DNA of 39,231 nucleotides, from positions 1 to 39,231 of the IMG/VR virus record IMGVR_UViG_3300012971_000036. One strand, given 5' to 3'. The translations under genes were made by a program, and so were the position numbers. Shown one piece after another: positions 16,320 to 25,493 of this stretch; within the stretch, counting starts at the first letter, position 1, and each line of letters begins with the position of its first letter. Origin of the DNA: a virus. Its lineage: Duplodnaviria > Caudoviricetes. The notes beneath the pieces were generated by a model. It was not told where the DNA came from, ran no database searches, and was given only the letters and a program-made list of their open reading frames with translations.

Positions 16320-18299
16320 ATGCGCATACTGAAGGCTCCCAAGGTGTATCTGATCGCCCGCCCCCAGATTGTGAAGGAAGGGCTGGCCCAATTCCTCGAA
16401 GACCAGAAACTCGATTGGCCTACACCAACGGACGGGGTGACGGCGGCGGAACAACTGGTGGAGGCGGCAGGCCGGTGCTGTTATATGTCCTTCGGAAAGA
16501 AGGCGGGTAGCAAAACCAACTGGCGTTATATTCAAAACCTCCTGGGCCGCAACCCGGACGGATCGTGGAAGCCCGGCCCCGCCCACGGGTCGGTCACGGA
16601 GCATCCATGCTGGAGCTTCCTGGTCGTCGGGGCCGGGCGGGGCTTCTGTTATGATTCCGAAACTGAGGTCTTGACCGAGGAGGGCTGGAAGCGCTGGCCG
16701 GATATAACGGGGCAGGAGTCTTTCGCAACTCTCAACTTGGCGACGGATGAACTCGAATATCAGCGTGCCACTGCGATTACGCAGGAGCGTTGGGACGGGC
16801 CGATGTACCAATTGAAGTCTAAAATGGTGGACCTCCTAGTAACGCCAAACCATCGGATGCTGCATTTTCCCTACGACGTTCGCAAAAATAAAGCTTGGCG
16901 GATCGGTCCAGCCGTGGACATATTGGGCAAGCGAGTGAAATATAAACGGAATGCCCAATGGATTGGTTCGGACCCAGAACATTTTGAAATTCCATCGGTT
17001 GTAAGCACCCAATCCGTTAGCAATAAGTACGGTGCTAACTACTCCGAACGTAAACACTTATGCCCTGGGTGCAGTTTGCCCGCAAAGGCTTTTGCTACGT
17101 TCTTGGGCTATTGGTTGGCAGAGGGGCATCTCGACCATTGTGAGGGCGGCGGGTATTTTTTGGTTTTGAGTCAAAACGACGACAGCCCGCACTTGCCGGC
17201 CATGCGGGCGTGCATCGAGGCAATGGGATTGACCTATAGCATTGGACGGACAGGGCGATCCAATTGCTTGCGCCTTCGGGTAAACGGGGGACGGGCGTTT
17301 TACGAGTATCTTAAACCCTACAGCACTGCTTTGGGCAAACGAGTTCCCCCCGAATGCAAAAAATGGTCGCCCTCGCTCCTGCGTTGTATTATCGAAGCTC
17401 ATCTCGCTGGTGACGGATCGTTCCCGATTCGCAGCATGGGGGAGGCAAACACCGTCAGTAAGGCACTTGCCGATGATCTTCAGGAATTGGCTTTGAAATG
17501 TGGTATATCCGCCACCATTCGTACAGTGAATCGGCGTTCCGAAATACGTTATTGGCGGGGTGCCCGAATGAAGAACAATCACGTTGGTTATGTCGTTTCC
17601 TATTGTGCGAAGCGGAACACCCCGTTGGTCAACCATAATGGCAAACGGCATGATTCCTTGGTAGATTACAACGGCATGGTATATTGTGTTAGTGTGCCAA
17701 ATGGACTGCTGTATGTTCGCCGTAATGGGCGTCCGGTTTGGTCCGGGAATTCCCATGAACAGGTTCGACATCGTACTGGTTGGGCTTATTCCCAGCTAAG
17801 TACCCGTTACTGCGACTTCGAGCGCGAAGAAGAGGAAGGCACCTGGGAACCGGGTTTCTGTATCCCGACCCTGGCGTTGCTGAGTCCTGATACCGCCGCC
17901 ACCTTCGCCGCCCGTTTACAACACAGCCAGCAGTTCTACGTCGAAGTCCTCCACCAGATCGAGGAGGACTTGCGGGCCAATTCCGCCTTCATGGAAAGTC
18001 TCCAGAAATATGATGAAAAGGAACGTTCCCGCATGATGCGCAAGGCCGCTCGCGGTGCGGCCCGTGACCTGCTGCCCATCGCCACCGAGGCGATCATGGT
18101 GATGAGCGCGAATGCGCGGGCGTTGTGGAACTGCATTGTCTTGCGGGCCAACGAACACGCCGAGGCCGTGATCCGCGAAGTGTATGTCCAAATCGCCAAG
18201 ATCATGGAAAAGGAAATGCCGGCCCTGTTCAACGGATTGAAGTACGAAACGTGTTGGGATGGCACCGAGGCGGTGGTTATGCCCCGCGATAAACTATGA
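16320..18299 (+). CDS. thyX: flavin-dependent thymidylate synthase ThyX with intein
   Basis: Motifs EAAGRCCYMS, HGSVTEH, SHEQVRHRTGWAYSQLSTRY, ARDLLP, NARAL and HAEAVIR. Confidence 0.92.
   Translation: MRILKAPKVYLIARPQIVKEGLAQFLEDQKLDWPTPTDGVTAAEQLVEAAGRCCYMSFGKKAGSKTNWRYIQNLLGRNPDGSWKPGPAHGSVTEHPCWSFLVVGAGRGFCYDSETEVLTEEGWKRWPDITGQESFATLNLATDELEYQRATAITQERWDGPMYQLKSKMVDLLVTPNHRMLHFPYDVRKNKAWRIGPAVDILGKRVKYKRNAQWIGSDPEHFEIPSVVSTQSVSNKYGANYSERKHLCPGCSLPAKAFATFLGYWLAEGHLDHCEGGGYFLVLSQNDDSPHLPAMRACIEAMGLTYSIGRTGRSNCLRLRVNGGRAFYEYLKPYSTALGKRVPPECKKWSPSLLRCIIEAHLAGDGSFPIRSMGEANTVSKALADDLQELALKCGISATIRTVNRRSEIRYWRGARMKNNHVGYVVSYCAKRNTPLVNHNGKRHDSLVDYNGMVYCVSVPNGLLYVRRNGRPVWSGNSHEQVRHRTGWAYSQLSTRYCDFEREEEEGTWEPGFCIPTLALLSPDTAATFAARLQHSQQFYVEVLHQIEEDLRANSAFMESLQKYDEKERSRMMRKAARGAARDLLPIATEAIMVMSANARALWNCIVLRANEHAEAVIREVYVQIAKIMEKEMPALFNGLKYETCWDGTEAVVMPRDKL
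16647..17750 (+). mobile_element. 368-aa intein with LAGLIDADG homing endonuclease
   Basis: N-terminus CYDSETEVLT..GWK, block B VTPNH, FLGYWLAEG and IEAHLAGDG. C-terminus VYCVSVPNGLLYVRRNGRPVWSGN|S. Visibly more AT-rich codons than the exteins. Confidence 0.93.
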
Positions 18300-18436
18300 A
18301 AGACTGCGACGAACGAAGACCGGACGGTTGTGTGGGCTGTATCTTGTTGATACTTGCCATCGCCGTTCTGATATTTCTGTTCAAGTTGGCACTGTGGGTT
18401 CTGTGGGAAGTTTGGAAGTGGAACCCCTTCCAGTGA
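18296..18436 (+). CDS. 46-aa membrane protein
   Basis: ATGA overlap with the thyX stop; MKDCDERRPDGCVGCILLILAIAVLIFLFKLALWVLWEVWKWNPFQ. Confidence 0.6.
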   Translation: MKDCDERRPDGCVGCILLILAIAVLIFLFKLALWVLWEVWKWNPFQ

Positions 18437-18455
18437 GAGGTATGTAGTTCTAGTC

Positions 18456-19208
18456 ATGAGGAGACTGTTTTGTAGCTTATTTATTCTCCTGGCCTTGGCC
18501 GGACTCGCTCCCGGCCAAGTCGAGATAGCCAAGAAAGACCGGGTGGAGAACATCGACCCCGGTTATTGTGCGTGGTGTGCCATCGAAACGCTGGGGCGGC
18601 ATCACGGGGTTGACAAGTTGGTTGGACTGGTCCAGAGCCGAACCAAAGATAGCGACCAGTACGTTCAGGACCAGTGGGGTCGTTGGGTATTGTACAAGAA
18701 GAACGCCGGTTACGATTGGACGATCCGCGACAAGTTGAACAAGATGGGCGTTAAGTACAAGATGTCCAACACCGGCAGTTACGATACCGAAATGGTCCGT
18801 TACGCCATGAAAAACAAGCTCGGCTGTGCCTGTGCGGTGCGGGCTGGGGCCTTGGGGAAAGGCAGTTCTGCCCATGCGGTTACGGTCATTTCTTACGGCG
18901 ACAAAAAGGTGGAATATATCGACCCGAACGACAAGTCTATCTATAGTTGTACCCGGAAGTGGTGGGATTATTGGTGGGATGGGTGGGTATTAGTGGTTCT
19001 TCCTGATGAAAGGACCGAGCGGGCGGTGGCAAAGGCTGAATCCGTGGAGAAGAAAGCCGCCGCTACAACGGAGGCCAAGGTGTCGCAGGCCCCGGTATCG
19101 CCCCAGCCGCCTTCGGTTTCCCCTACCCCGCCTGCACAACCGAGTGTGCCCCTGGACAAGAAGGAAAAGGTGCCTATAATTCAGTGGAAGTATGTGGAGA
19201 ACAAATAA
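18456..19208 (+). CDS. secreted papain-like (C39-type) cysteine peptidase
   Basis: Signal peptide; GYCAWCAIE (Cys), AHAVTV (His), YIDPN (Asp); W..W.GW. Confidence 0.7.
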   Translation: MRRLFCSLFILLALAGLAPGQVEIAKKDRVENIDPGYCAWCAIETLGRHHGVDKLVGLVQSRTKDSDQYVQDQWGRWVLYKKNAGYDWTIRDKLNKMGVKYKMSNTGSYDTEMVRYAMKNKLGCACAVRAGALGKGSSAHAVTVISYGDKKVEYIDPNDKSIYSCTRKWWDYWWDGWVLVVLPDERTERAVAKAESVEKKAAATTEAKVSQAPVSPQPPSVSPTPPAQPSVPLDKKEKVPIIQWKYVENK

Positions 19209-19675
19209 TGATAAAGGGTCTTTGCTTAGCGTTGTCCATTATCGGCGTGGCCGGTGTGGGTTATCTGGTCTATGACCACGCCACCCAGAAGAAGAATACC
19301 CCCAGCGCTACCATCCCGGCGACCTTCCAGACGGAGGACGAGGCGTTTGCCACGGATTTGATGGGGCGTGCGGTTACGCTGCCGGCGGGCCAGTTGTGGG
19401 GCTTTAATTCCGACCAGAACGTGACCGCGAAGCCCGTGAGCAAGAAGGCCGTGGAAGACAACGTGGTGATCGTGGTGGATGTTAAGGCAACCGCCAAGAT
19501 CGACCACAACCCGCCCCCAGGCCCTAATGACAAGGAGAAGGCAAAGCCCGCCCCGCCTGGCACCCCCAAGCAGGTCACCTTGTCCGGTCTAATGAAAATG
19601 TACTACGAAAGGGTGAACGGCCAGTGGTATTTGATCCAACTGGACGGGGTGTCATTGAAAGTCAGTGCTGAGTAG
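19208..19675 (+). CDS. membrane-anchored/exported hypothetical protein
   Basis: N-terminal hydrophobic helix; TAATG overlap with the previous gene. Confidence 0.7.
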   Translation: MIKGLCLALSIIGVAGVGYLVYDHATQKKNTPSATIPATFQTEDEAFATDLMGRAVTLPAGQLWGFNSDQNVTAKPVSKKAVEDNVVIVVDVKATAKIDHNPPPGPNDKEKAKPAPPGTPKQVTLSGLMKMYYERVNGQWYLIQLDGVSLKVSAE

Positions 19676-19689
19676 AAGTCCTCCTAGAA

Positions 19690-19734
19690 ACAGAAACGCC
19701 ACAGAGTCTCGTATGGACACTGTGGCGTTTCTGT
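19690..19734. terminator. bidirectional terminator
   Basis: acagaaacgccacag pairs with ctgtggcgtttctgt (15-bp stem), between convergent genes. Confidence 0.75.
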
Positions 19735-19749
19735 ATTTAGGCGATCACA

Positions 19750-20850
19750 TTAACGGCGTCCGAGGATGCCGAGGCGTCGTCCGCCGCCGACATTTTCATT
19801 GAACCGGATGTTAACGCTTTCGTTTACCCGGTTGCCGCCGAAACGTCCCCCCCGTTCAGCAAAACGGGCATTCAATGAAAAGTTTTCGTTGAAGCGGTTG
19901 CCACCGAAGAAACGGTTGCCGCCAGCAAAACGGGCATTCAATGCAAAGTTTTCGTTGAAGCGGTTGCCACCGAAGAAACGTCCCCGCTCAGCAAAACGGG
20001 CATTGAAGGCGAATTGGTTAAAACCCCGATTGAAGCCGCCGTAGTTGAAACCCCGATTGAAGCCGTAGCCGCCGTAGCCGGAGTTGAAATACGAAGGCAC
20101 GGAGTACGAGCTAAAGGAATACGGCGAAAAGCTGTAGGCCGGTGGCGATGCGTAGCTGTAGGCGGGTGCCGATGCGTAGCTGTAGCTGTAGGTCGGTGGC
20201 GCAGCGTAGCTGTACGTCGGTGGGTAGCTGTAGCTGGGTTGAGAGTAGGCGTAGCTGTATGACGGTGCGTAGTTCTCAGCATAGCTGTACTGTGGCTGTG
20301 CGTAATACTGCGGTGCTGCATACGTTGGGGCCGCATACTGTTGCGGTGCATAATATTGAGGCGGCGGTGCGTATGCCGGGGCCGCGTATTGCTGCGGTGG
20401 GGCCGCGTATTGTGGTGGAGCCGCGTATTGTGGTGGAGCCGCGTATTGCACGCAGACCGGAGCCGCATATTGCTGAATCGGAGCCGCATATTGCTGAATC
20501 GGGGCCGCATATTGCTGAATCGGGGCTGCGTACTGAATCGGGGCCGCATACGACGCCTGGGCCACAGGGAACGCAAACGACGTGGTGACCGGGTATGAGA
20601 AAGCATACGAGGGTGCGAACGAGTACGATGCGGAGAATGGGTAACCATAGCCGAAACCCAAACCGTAGTTGCTGAAAGCAAACCGATTGAATCCATAGCC
20701 TCCGAAACCATACCCCCCGAAGCCGCGATTGAAGCTAAAGCTGCTGCGGAATCCGCCACCGTAGCCGTGGGCTTGCGCGGTCGGTGTCGCCACAAACATG
20801 GCGACGAACAGAGCAACTGCCGTTGCTATGCCCAAAAAGAACTTCTTCAT
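19750..20850 (-). CDS. secreted Tyr/Gly/Phe/Pro-rich low-complexity repeat protein
   Basis: Signal peptide ending AQA; YAAP, SYSY, GYGFN and NRFNENF repeats; AGGAGG RBS. Confidence 0.8.
   Translation of the reverse strand: MKKFFLGIATAVALFVAMFVATPTAQAHGYGGGFRSSFSFNRGFGGYGFGGYGFNRFAFSNYGLGFGYGYPFSASYSFAPSYAFSYPVTTSFAFPVAQASYAAPIQYAAPIQQYAAPIQQYAAPIQQYAAPVCVQYAAPPQYAAPPQYAAPPQQYAAPAYAPPPQYYAPQQYAAPTYAAPQYYAQPQYSYAENYAPSYSYAYSQPSYSYPPTYSYAAPPTYSYSYASAPAYSYASPPAYSFSPYSFSSYSVPSYFNSGYGGYGFNRGFNYGGFNRGFNQFAFNARFAERGRFFGGNRFNENFALNARFAGGNRFFGGNRFNENFSLNARFAERGGRFGGNRVNESVNIRFNENVGGGRRLGILGRR
19857..20004. repeat. 66-nt coding tandem repeat (about 2.2 copies)
   Basis: cagcaaaacgggcatt recurs at 19857, 19923 and 19989; encodes NARFA..RFFGGNRFNENF. 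Confidence 0.85.
20381..20550. repeat. 18- and 21-nt coding tandem repeats (QYAAPP / QQYAAPI)
   Basis: gccgcgtattgtggtgga occurs twice plus a partial copy; g(a/g)gccgcatattgctgaatcg occurs three times. Confidence 0.85.
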
Positions 20851-20930
20851 GTAACCTCCTAGCTAGGTATTAGAGTAGGAATGCGCTATTTCCCGTTATG
20901 TATATACGCCCTTCGGAGGATTTTTTCAGA

Positions 20931-22067
20931 TTATTGGCCGGCGAGCCAGGCCATGATTTGACCGTATTCTTCCGGGCTGGGGCGGAACTGCGAAGTGCGA
21001 GGAGGCATCCTGCCCGCCTGAAGCTCCCGTTCCATGCTGCGGAACGGGGCGTCAGGGTTCAGGATGCCGGGCTGAATAAATATCACGGTATCGCCACGGG
21101 CACCGCCTCCCGTGTGACAATATGCGCAGTTCCGGCTAAGTGCTGCGATGGCCGGAACTGCTAAAGGGCTGTTGGCCGATGGTCTGCTGCTCTGAGGAGC
21201 GGCGTTGGTGGGCGGAAAACCCTGGGGTTGTTGTGTTTGTGGCGGGGTAACTGTTGGATAACCGCCGGGGCCGGAACCGGGGCTGCCGGAGGACGGGGCG
21301 GCAGGGGCAGCCCCCACCGGCGGCGAAGTGCCACTCACCGGCGGTGGTCCGCTATCCGAACTTGGCCCTCCTTGCGACTGGCGCTGCATCTCTGCAAGCA
21401 CCTGTGCCGCCAGTTGTTTTATTTGTTCTTGCGTGAAGTTGCAATTCACCGACGTGGCTTGCACCGGCTGTTGACCACCGGCCATCGGGTAACCCGGCTG
21501 CGGCGGTTGCCCTGGCGGGGCGTACCCAGGCATCGGCTGCTGAGGCGGTGCGGGATTATATGGAGAGGCGTAGGGGCTGCTAAACGAGGGCGATGCCCCT
21601 GCATAGCCGCCACTGGCGTATCCTGGGCCGCTCGGCGGCGGATATGCGTATTGCGCCCCCACCTGCCCCGGTGCCGCAGGGGCATAGCCCGGCTGGGGCG
21701 GCGCGGCAGCCGCCGGCGCATACGCGGGCGGTGGCTGCATGAAAGCCTGAGTGCAGGGTGGCGCACCTTGCACTGCCGGGGCAGCAAACTGGACCGGCGG
21801 GGCAGCAAACTGGACCGGCGGGGCAGCAAACTGGACCGGCGGGGCGTACTGGTAGGTAAAAGCAGGTACGACAATTGGGACTGCGACCGGGACTTCGACC
21901 GGGGTAATGACCTCCTTGACCACTACCTCCTTTTTCACATACGGCACTACAGGCGTGTAATTCTGCGTGGTGTAGACCGGGCCGTAGGAGCGTCGATAAC
22001 ATTGCCCAAAGGCCGGGGCCGCGCAGACCGTCAGAATGAGAAGACAACCTAGAAACTTACCTTTCAT
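20931..22067 (-). CDS. secreted Pro/Gln-rich protein with C-terminal c-type cytochrome domain
   Basis: Signal peptide (AFG); CAYCH at 21114-21128; distal GRMPP and closing helix IMAWLAG. Confidence 0.8.
   Translation of the reverse strand: MKGKFLGCLLILTVCAAPAFGQCYRRSYGPVYTTQNYTPVVPYVKKEVVVKEVITPVEVPVAVPIVVPAFTYQYAPPVQFAAPPVQFAAPPVQFAAPAVQGAPPCTQAFMQPPPAYAPAAAAPPQPGYAPAAPGQVGAQYAYPPPSGPGYASGGYAGASPSFSSPYASPYNPAPPQQPMPGYAPPGQPPQPGYPMAGGQQPVQATSVNCNFTQEQIKQLAAQVLAEMQRQSQGGPSSDSGPPPVSGTSPPVGAAPAAPSSGSPGSGPGGYPTVTPPQTQQPQGFPPTNAAPQSSRPSANSPLAVPAIAALSRNCAYCHTGGGARGDTVIFIQPGILNPDAPFRSMERELQAGRMPPRTSQFRPSPEEYGQIMAWLAGQ
21777..21845. repeat. 21-nt perfect tandem repeat x3 (PPVQFAA)
   Basis: cggggcagcaaactggaccgg occurs three times. 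Confidence 0.9.
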
Positions 22068-22145
22068 CCGTATCCTTTCGCGTGCGGATGGAAGCCGCAG
22101 GCGCAGTATTAGAGTTTCATTGTTTTATTTCTCAACCTCCATGCC

Positions 22146-23867
22146 TCATTTTTTCGGCGTATATACCGGCACAGCAGTAGGTAACTGCGGCTGTGCTTGT
22201 GGCTGCACGGATGTCGCCCTGGTGGCCTGGATGAGCAACATGAACGAACCGTAGGATTGCTCGAAGTGGTCGCGCCGCACCGGGCGGATCGGCATTTTGA
22301 TGAGGCCCAGGATCACCGGGTCGTTGGACAGGCGGACATACTTTTCCAACTCTGCTTGCGTGCAGCAGCATTCTCGGCAGATTACCTCCTTGGTCAAGTT
22401 CCATTCCTGGTAGGCATCCCAAATGATGGCGAACTGTTTGCCGTTCGCATTCGGATCGAGTCCGTTGACAAAACCCACCGCGTCAGCGAAAAGTTGCTGG
22501 TCTTTGACGATTTGTTTGTCTAAATCGGACCCGAAAAGGTCCACGACCTGATACGCCTGCTCCTCATCTGTTATCAACAGCCTGACGCTTTCCAGGTTGG
22601 TCAACTTGCGGTTGAGTTGACGGATGTTGTCCTCAATCGGTTTGATGCCTTCAGAATGGCAAATCATGCAGCTTCTACCCGTCCGCACGATGCGATCCAC
22701 GGAGGTATTGTCGATGGCCACGTCCGGGTTGGCGAAATCAAGCCGGTTCCCTTTGCCGTCCGACACGAAATACGCCTGGAGGCCGTTAGGCAGGGTGCCG
22801 ATGATCTCGGAGGCATCAAATTTCTCGTGGAGGAAGTTGATGAGGAAGTTTTTGTCGTTGGTGCTGGTGAGAACGTCGTGGCTTGCCCAATAATACCCGT
22901 TGGTAAACGTCGGTGAACGGGTGAGCGTGCGGTTATTGCGGGCCACCATCGACTGGACGACCACCGCCTTGAACTGCGACCGAGCCTTTTTCGCCAGTTC
23001 TTCGTTGGCGAAGACCAGATTCTCGAAGTCCTTCTCCTTGTTCCCCAGACCAAGGAAGTTATAATAGGCCGGCGGCACGCTGGCGTTGACGATAAACCAA
23101 TCCGCCCGTAATATCGGCACTTCGGAGTAGGTCAGCTTAATTAGCTGGGCGAGGGCGGTGGGGTCCAGCCACGGTGCTTGGGAGAACAGGGCACCCCCGG
23201 CGACGACTTCCTGAACCGGCACCTCCTCCTCGACCTCAATTGTCTCTGTGACCTTTCTTGTCTCGAAGATGGGCCGGCGGTACGAGTCGTAAAAACCCGT
23301 GAAGACTTGTTTGGTCCTCTCGACTTTCTTCTGGACCTTCTTCTTTTCGGTCTTTGTGACCGTTTTCTCACCCGGTTTCGTGTATTTGATGCCGTACTTG
23401 TCCATGTACTGCATGTTCACTTCGCTCAGGAGGACGTGGAAGTAGGGGTCGGGGAAGGGTTTTTGGCCACTCCCCTCCTTACCGAGTTTGTCCCACTGCT
23501 TGGGGTCGATGTCGTAATCCTTGAGGTTGAGTCGGATTACCGTGCTGTCGCTGCCGCCGACGAAGACTGGAATGTATATTTGCCGGCGTCTGCTGAGCGA
23601 ATTGATGACGAAGGAAACCGTCTCACCGACTTTCTGGCGGTGGACCTTCGGGACGTTGTAGAGGGACAAGTAACGAATATAAGGTTGAATGGACGGGTCG
23701 ATGCCGGCGAGGTCAGCGAGCGCGTACTTTACGGAACTGTCGGGGGTGAAAAGAACCTCCGCTTGCTGCGGTTGCGGGTACTGCCCTTTCGCGTCCTGGC
23801 CCGGCAACAAACACAGGGTCACCGCCGCCACTATGGACGCGCATAGAGCGTACAAAAAGACCTTCAT
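22146..23867 (-). CDS. secreted 573-aa protein with single CxxCH heme-binding motif
   Basis: Signal peptide; RYLSL, ILRADWF, NNR, GYYWASHD, ASEIIGTLPNGLQAY, RSCMICH (22656-22670). Confidence 0.75.
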   Translation of the reverse strand: MKVFLYALCASIVAAVTLCLLPGQDAKGQYPQPQQAEVLFTPDSSVKYALADLAGIDPSIQPYIRYLSLYNVPKVHRQKVGETVSFVINSLSRRRQIYIPVFVGGSDSTVIRLNLKDYDIDPKQWDKLGKEGSGQKPFPDPYFHVLLSEVNMQYMDKYGIKYTKPGEKTVTKTEKKKVQKKVERTKQVFTGFYDSYRRPIFETRKVTETIEVEEEVPVQEVVAGGALFSQAPWLDPTALAQLIKLTYSEVPILRADWFIVNASVPPAYYNFLGLGNKEKDFENLVFANEELAKKARSQFKAVVVQSMVARNNRTLTRSPTFTNGYYWASHDVLTSTNDKNFLINFLHEKFDASEIIGTLPNGLQAYFVSDGKGNRLDFANPDVAIDNTSVDRIVRTGRSCMICHSEGIKPIEDNIRQLNRKLTNLESVRLLITDEEQAYQVVDLFGSDLDKQIVKDQQLFADAVGFVNGLDPNANGKQFAIIWDAYQEWNLTKEVICRECCCTQAELEKYVRLSNDPVILGLIKMPIRPVRRDHFEQSYGSFMLLIQATRATSVQPQAQPQLPTAVPVYTPKK

Positions 23868-23943
23868 TACATTGATCCCTCAACTTTCCTCCATAATTAT
23901 ATTTCGCTCCCTCAAGCCGAGCCAATCCTCGCTCATCGGAGGC

Positions 23944-24690
23944 TCAACGACCTCCAGCCTTCCTCAAAATACCCATCACTTCGGCCTCGGAAGCCGGAAT
24001 CGGGGTGGCTGAGACGACGGCACCCTGGTCGGTTTGCACGATCATGGCGTTATTGCCGCCGACCTGTTGCATGACCTTATCCAGCCCGCGCTGAGCAACC
24101 ACCGGCGAACTTTTGTCATATATTCGGAAGAAATGCCCCGCGTCGGTGACGGATTTCCGCAAATTTGGATTATTTAACAGTTGGGCTACTTGGGGCGTGG
24201 TGTTGTTCAAATCCAGCACAAAAGTAACATGGAACGGACCCTTGGCAGCAGGTCCGGGTGGGTTTGGACCCGGTGGAGCCGGTCCAGGTGGGGCCGAGGC
24301 CGAGGAAATTTGGATATTGGTTGACACGAAGTCCGTCATTTTTCCGCCCACGTTGCCGATGGCAAACACCGTGATAACGCCCCCGGTACACGGGATCGAA
24401 ACGATCACCGTGTTGCCGTTGGTGATATATTTCACCTTAACGCTGCTGATGACCAGGAACTTGACATCTCCTTTGCACTCGGCCTGGATGGAAACGAATC
24501 CCTCATCGCTCCTCACCGTTGCGTCAGGCGGCAGGCTGATACCGTCTGCTTTGTTGGCTGTGTTAGCCTTCGGTGCCTGGGCCGCAGGCGGTCCTTTGGG
24601 ACTATCACCCTTTTCATCCAACTCCGGTTGTGCCCAGGCGGGAACAGCGAGCAACGAAAGCGCCAGAAGGGCGCTGAAGAATTTGTGCAT
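23944..24690 (-). CDS. secreted hypothetical protein with Pro-rich linker
   Basis: AGGAGG then ATG24690; signal peptide AWA; PPGPAPPGPNPPGP separates two domains. Confidence 0.75.
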   Translation of the reverse strand: MHKFFSALLALSLLAVPAWAQPELDEKGDSPKGPPAAQAPKANTANKADGISLPPDATVRSDEGFVSIQAECKGDVKFLVISSVKVKYITNGNTVIVSIPCTGGVITVFAIGNVGGKMTDFVSTNIQISSASAPPGPAPPGPNPPGPAAKGPFHVTFVLDLNNTTPQVAQLLNNPNLRKSVTDAGHFFRIYDKSSPVVAQRGLDKVMQQVGGNNAMIVQTDQGAVVSATPIPASEAEVMGILRKAGGR

Positions 24691-24818
24691 GAAACCTCCT
24701 ACTGAGTGCCGCCATAATATAGTCTGGCAATTATTTTTCAATGCGCTGCCGCACAAAAACTATTAACCGGCCTTGATCCCGCCCCGTTTTGCGGTAAACT
24801 TTGATGGAGGAGGCCATT

Positions 24819-25034
24819 ATGCGAATTGTTCTAAAGCTTTTGTTCTTCATGTTGTTGGCTGTCGGACTATTCGGCATCGAATATTGGCTTCTGCACGTTT
24901 ACCAGCCCGTACATTTATCGCTGATGCCGGTTGTTGATCCCCTGCACGCACACCTGGCCTACGCGGGTGCGGTATTGTTTTTGGGGCTGGTGCTTTTTTG
25001 GTCCGAATTGGAATATTTCCGATTGCGTCGATGA
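24819..25034 (+). CDS. small membrane protein
   Basis: GGAGGAGG RBS; two hydrophobic segments. Confidence 0.65.
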   Translation: MRIVLKLLFFMLLAVGLFGIEYWLLHVYQPVHLSLMPVVDPLHAHLAYAGAVLFLGLVLFWSELEYFRLRR

Positions 25035-25212
25035 AATCTGCCGACCTTGCTCTTATAAAGAGCCGGGCGGAAGGAATGGCCGGCGGGATGTCGTCTACAT
25101 CCCTACCCAGGAGGGGATTTGTTGGTTCTCCTTGTCGCAAGGCGATCCAGGCTTTCGGGCCTGGATCGCCTTATTTTTTCCCCGGCGGGAATAAATACGT
25201 CAGGAGGACCAC

Positions 25213-25455
25213 ATGAAGAACTACTGGCTGGAGCAAGAACGGCAACCCGACACGCTCCGCGAGTCCATAAACCTGGCGGACGACCATGCTACGCGGTACG
25301 CCCGCTATCTCAAGGGGTACGTTAACGGCGTCTATACCCTGCCGGCGTACCGGGAAGGTTACTACTGCACCCTTGCCAACGTCACCCCATTGGGAAACGG
25401 TTTGTCCCAAGTACAAATAACCTGGGAGCGTAAAACCCCCAAGCGGCTTGACTAA
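25213..25455 (+). CDS. hypothetical protein
   Basis: TAAATA at 25192, AGGAGG RBS; begins MKNYWL. Confidence 0.7.
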   Translation: MKNYWLEQERQPDTLRESINLADDHATRYARYLKGYVNGVYTLPAYREGYYCTLANVTPLGNGLSQVQITWERKTPKRLD

Positions 25456-25493
25456 TGGCACCCAGGCCCCTCTAATATCACAAAGGGGCCAAT

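Noticed and set aside
19857-21845. Tandem repeats as a CRISPR array or DGR repeats
   Set aside because: Units are multiples of 3, contiguous without spacers and inside ORFs. No cas or reverse transcriptase gene is present in the window.
25031-25216. Possible 61-aa ORF (MKSADLALIK...) overlapping both neighbours
   Set aside because: No RBS or recognisable features, and it crosses the TAAATA motif of the next gene. It cannot be supported.
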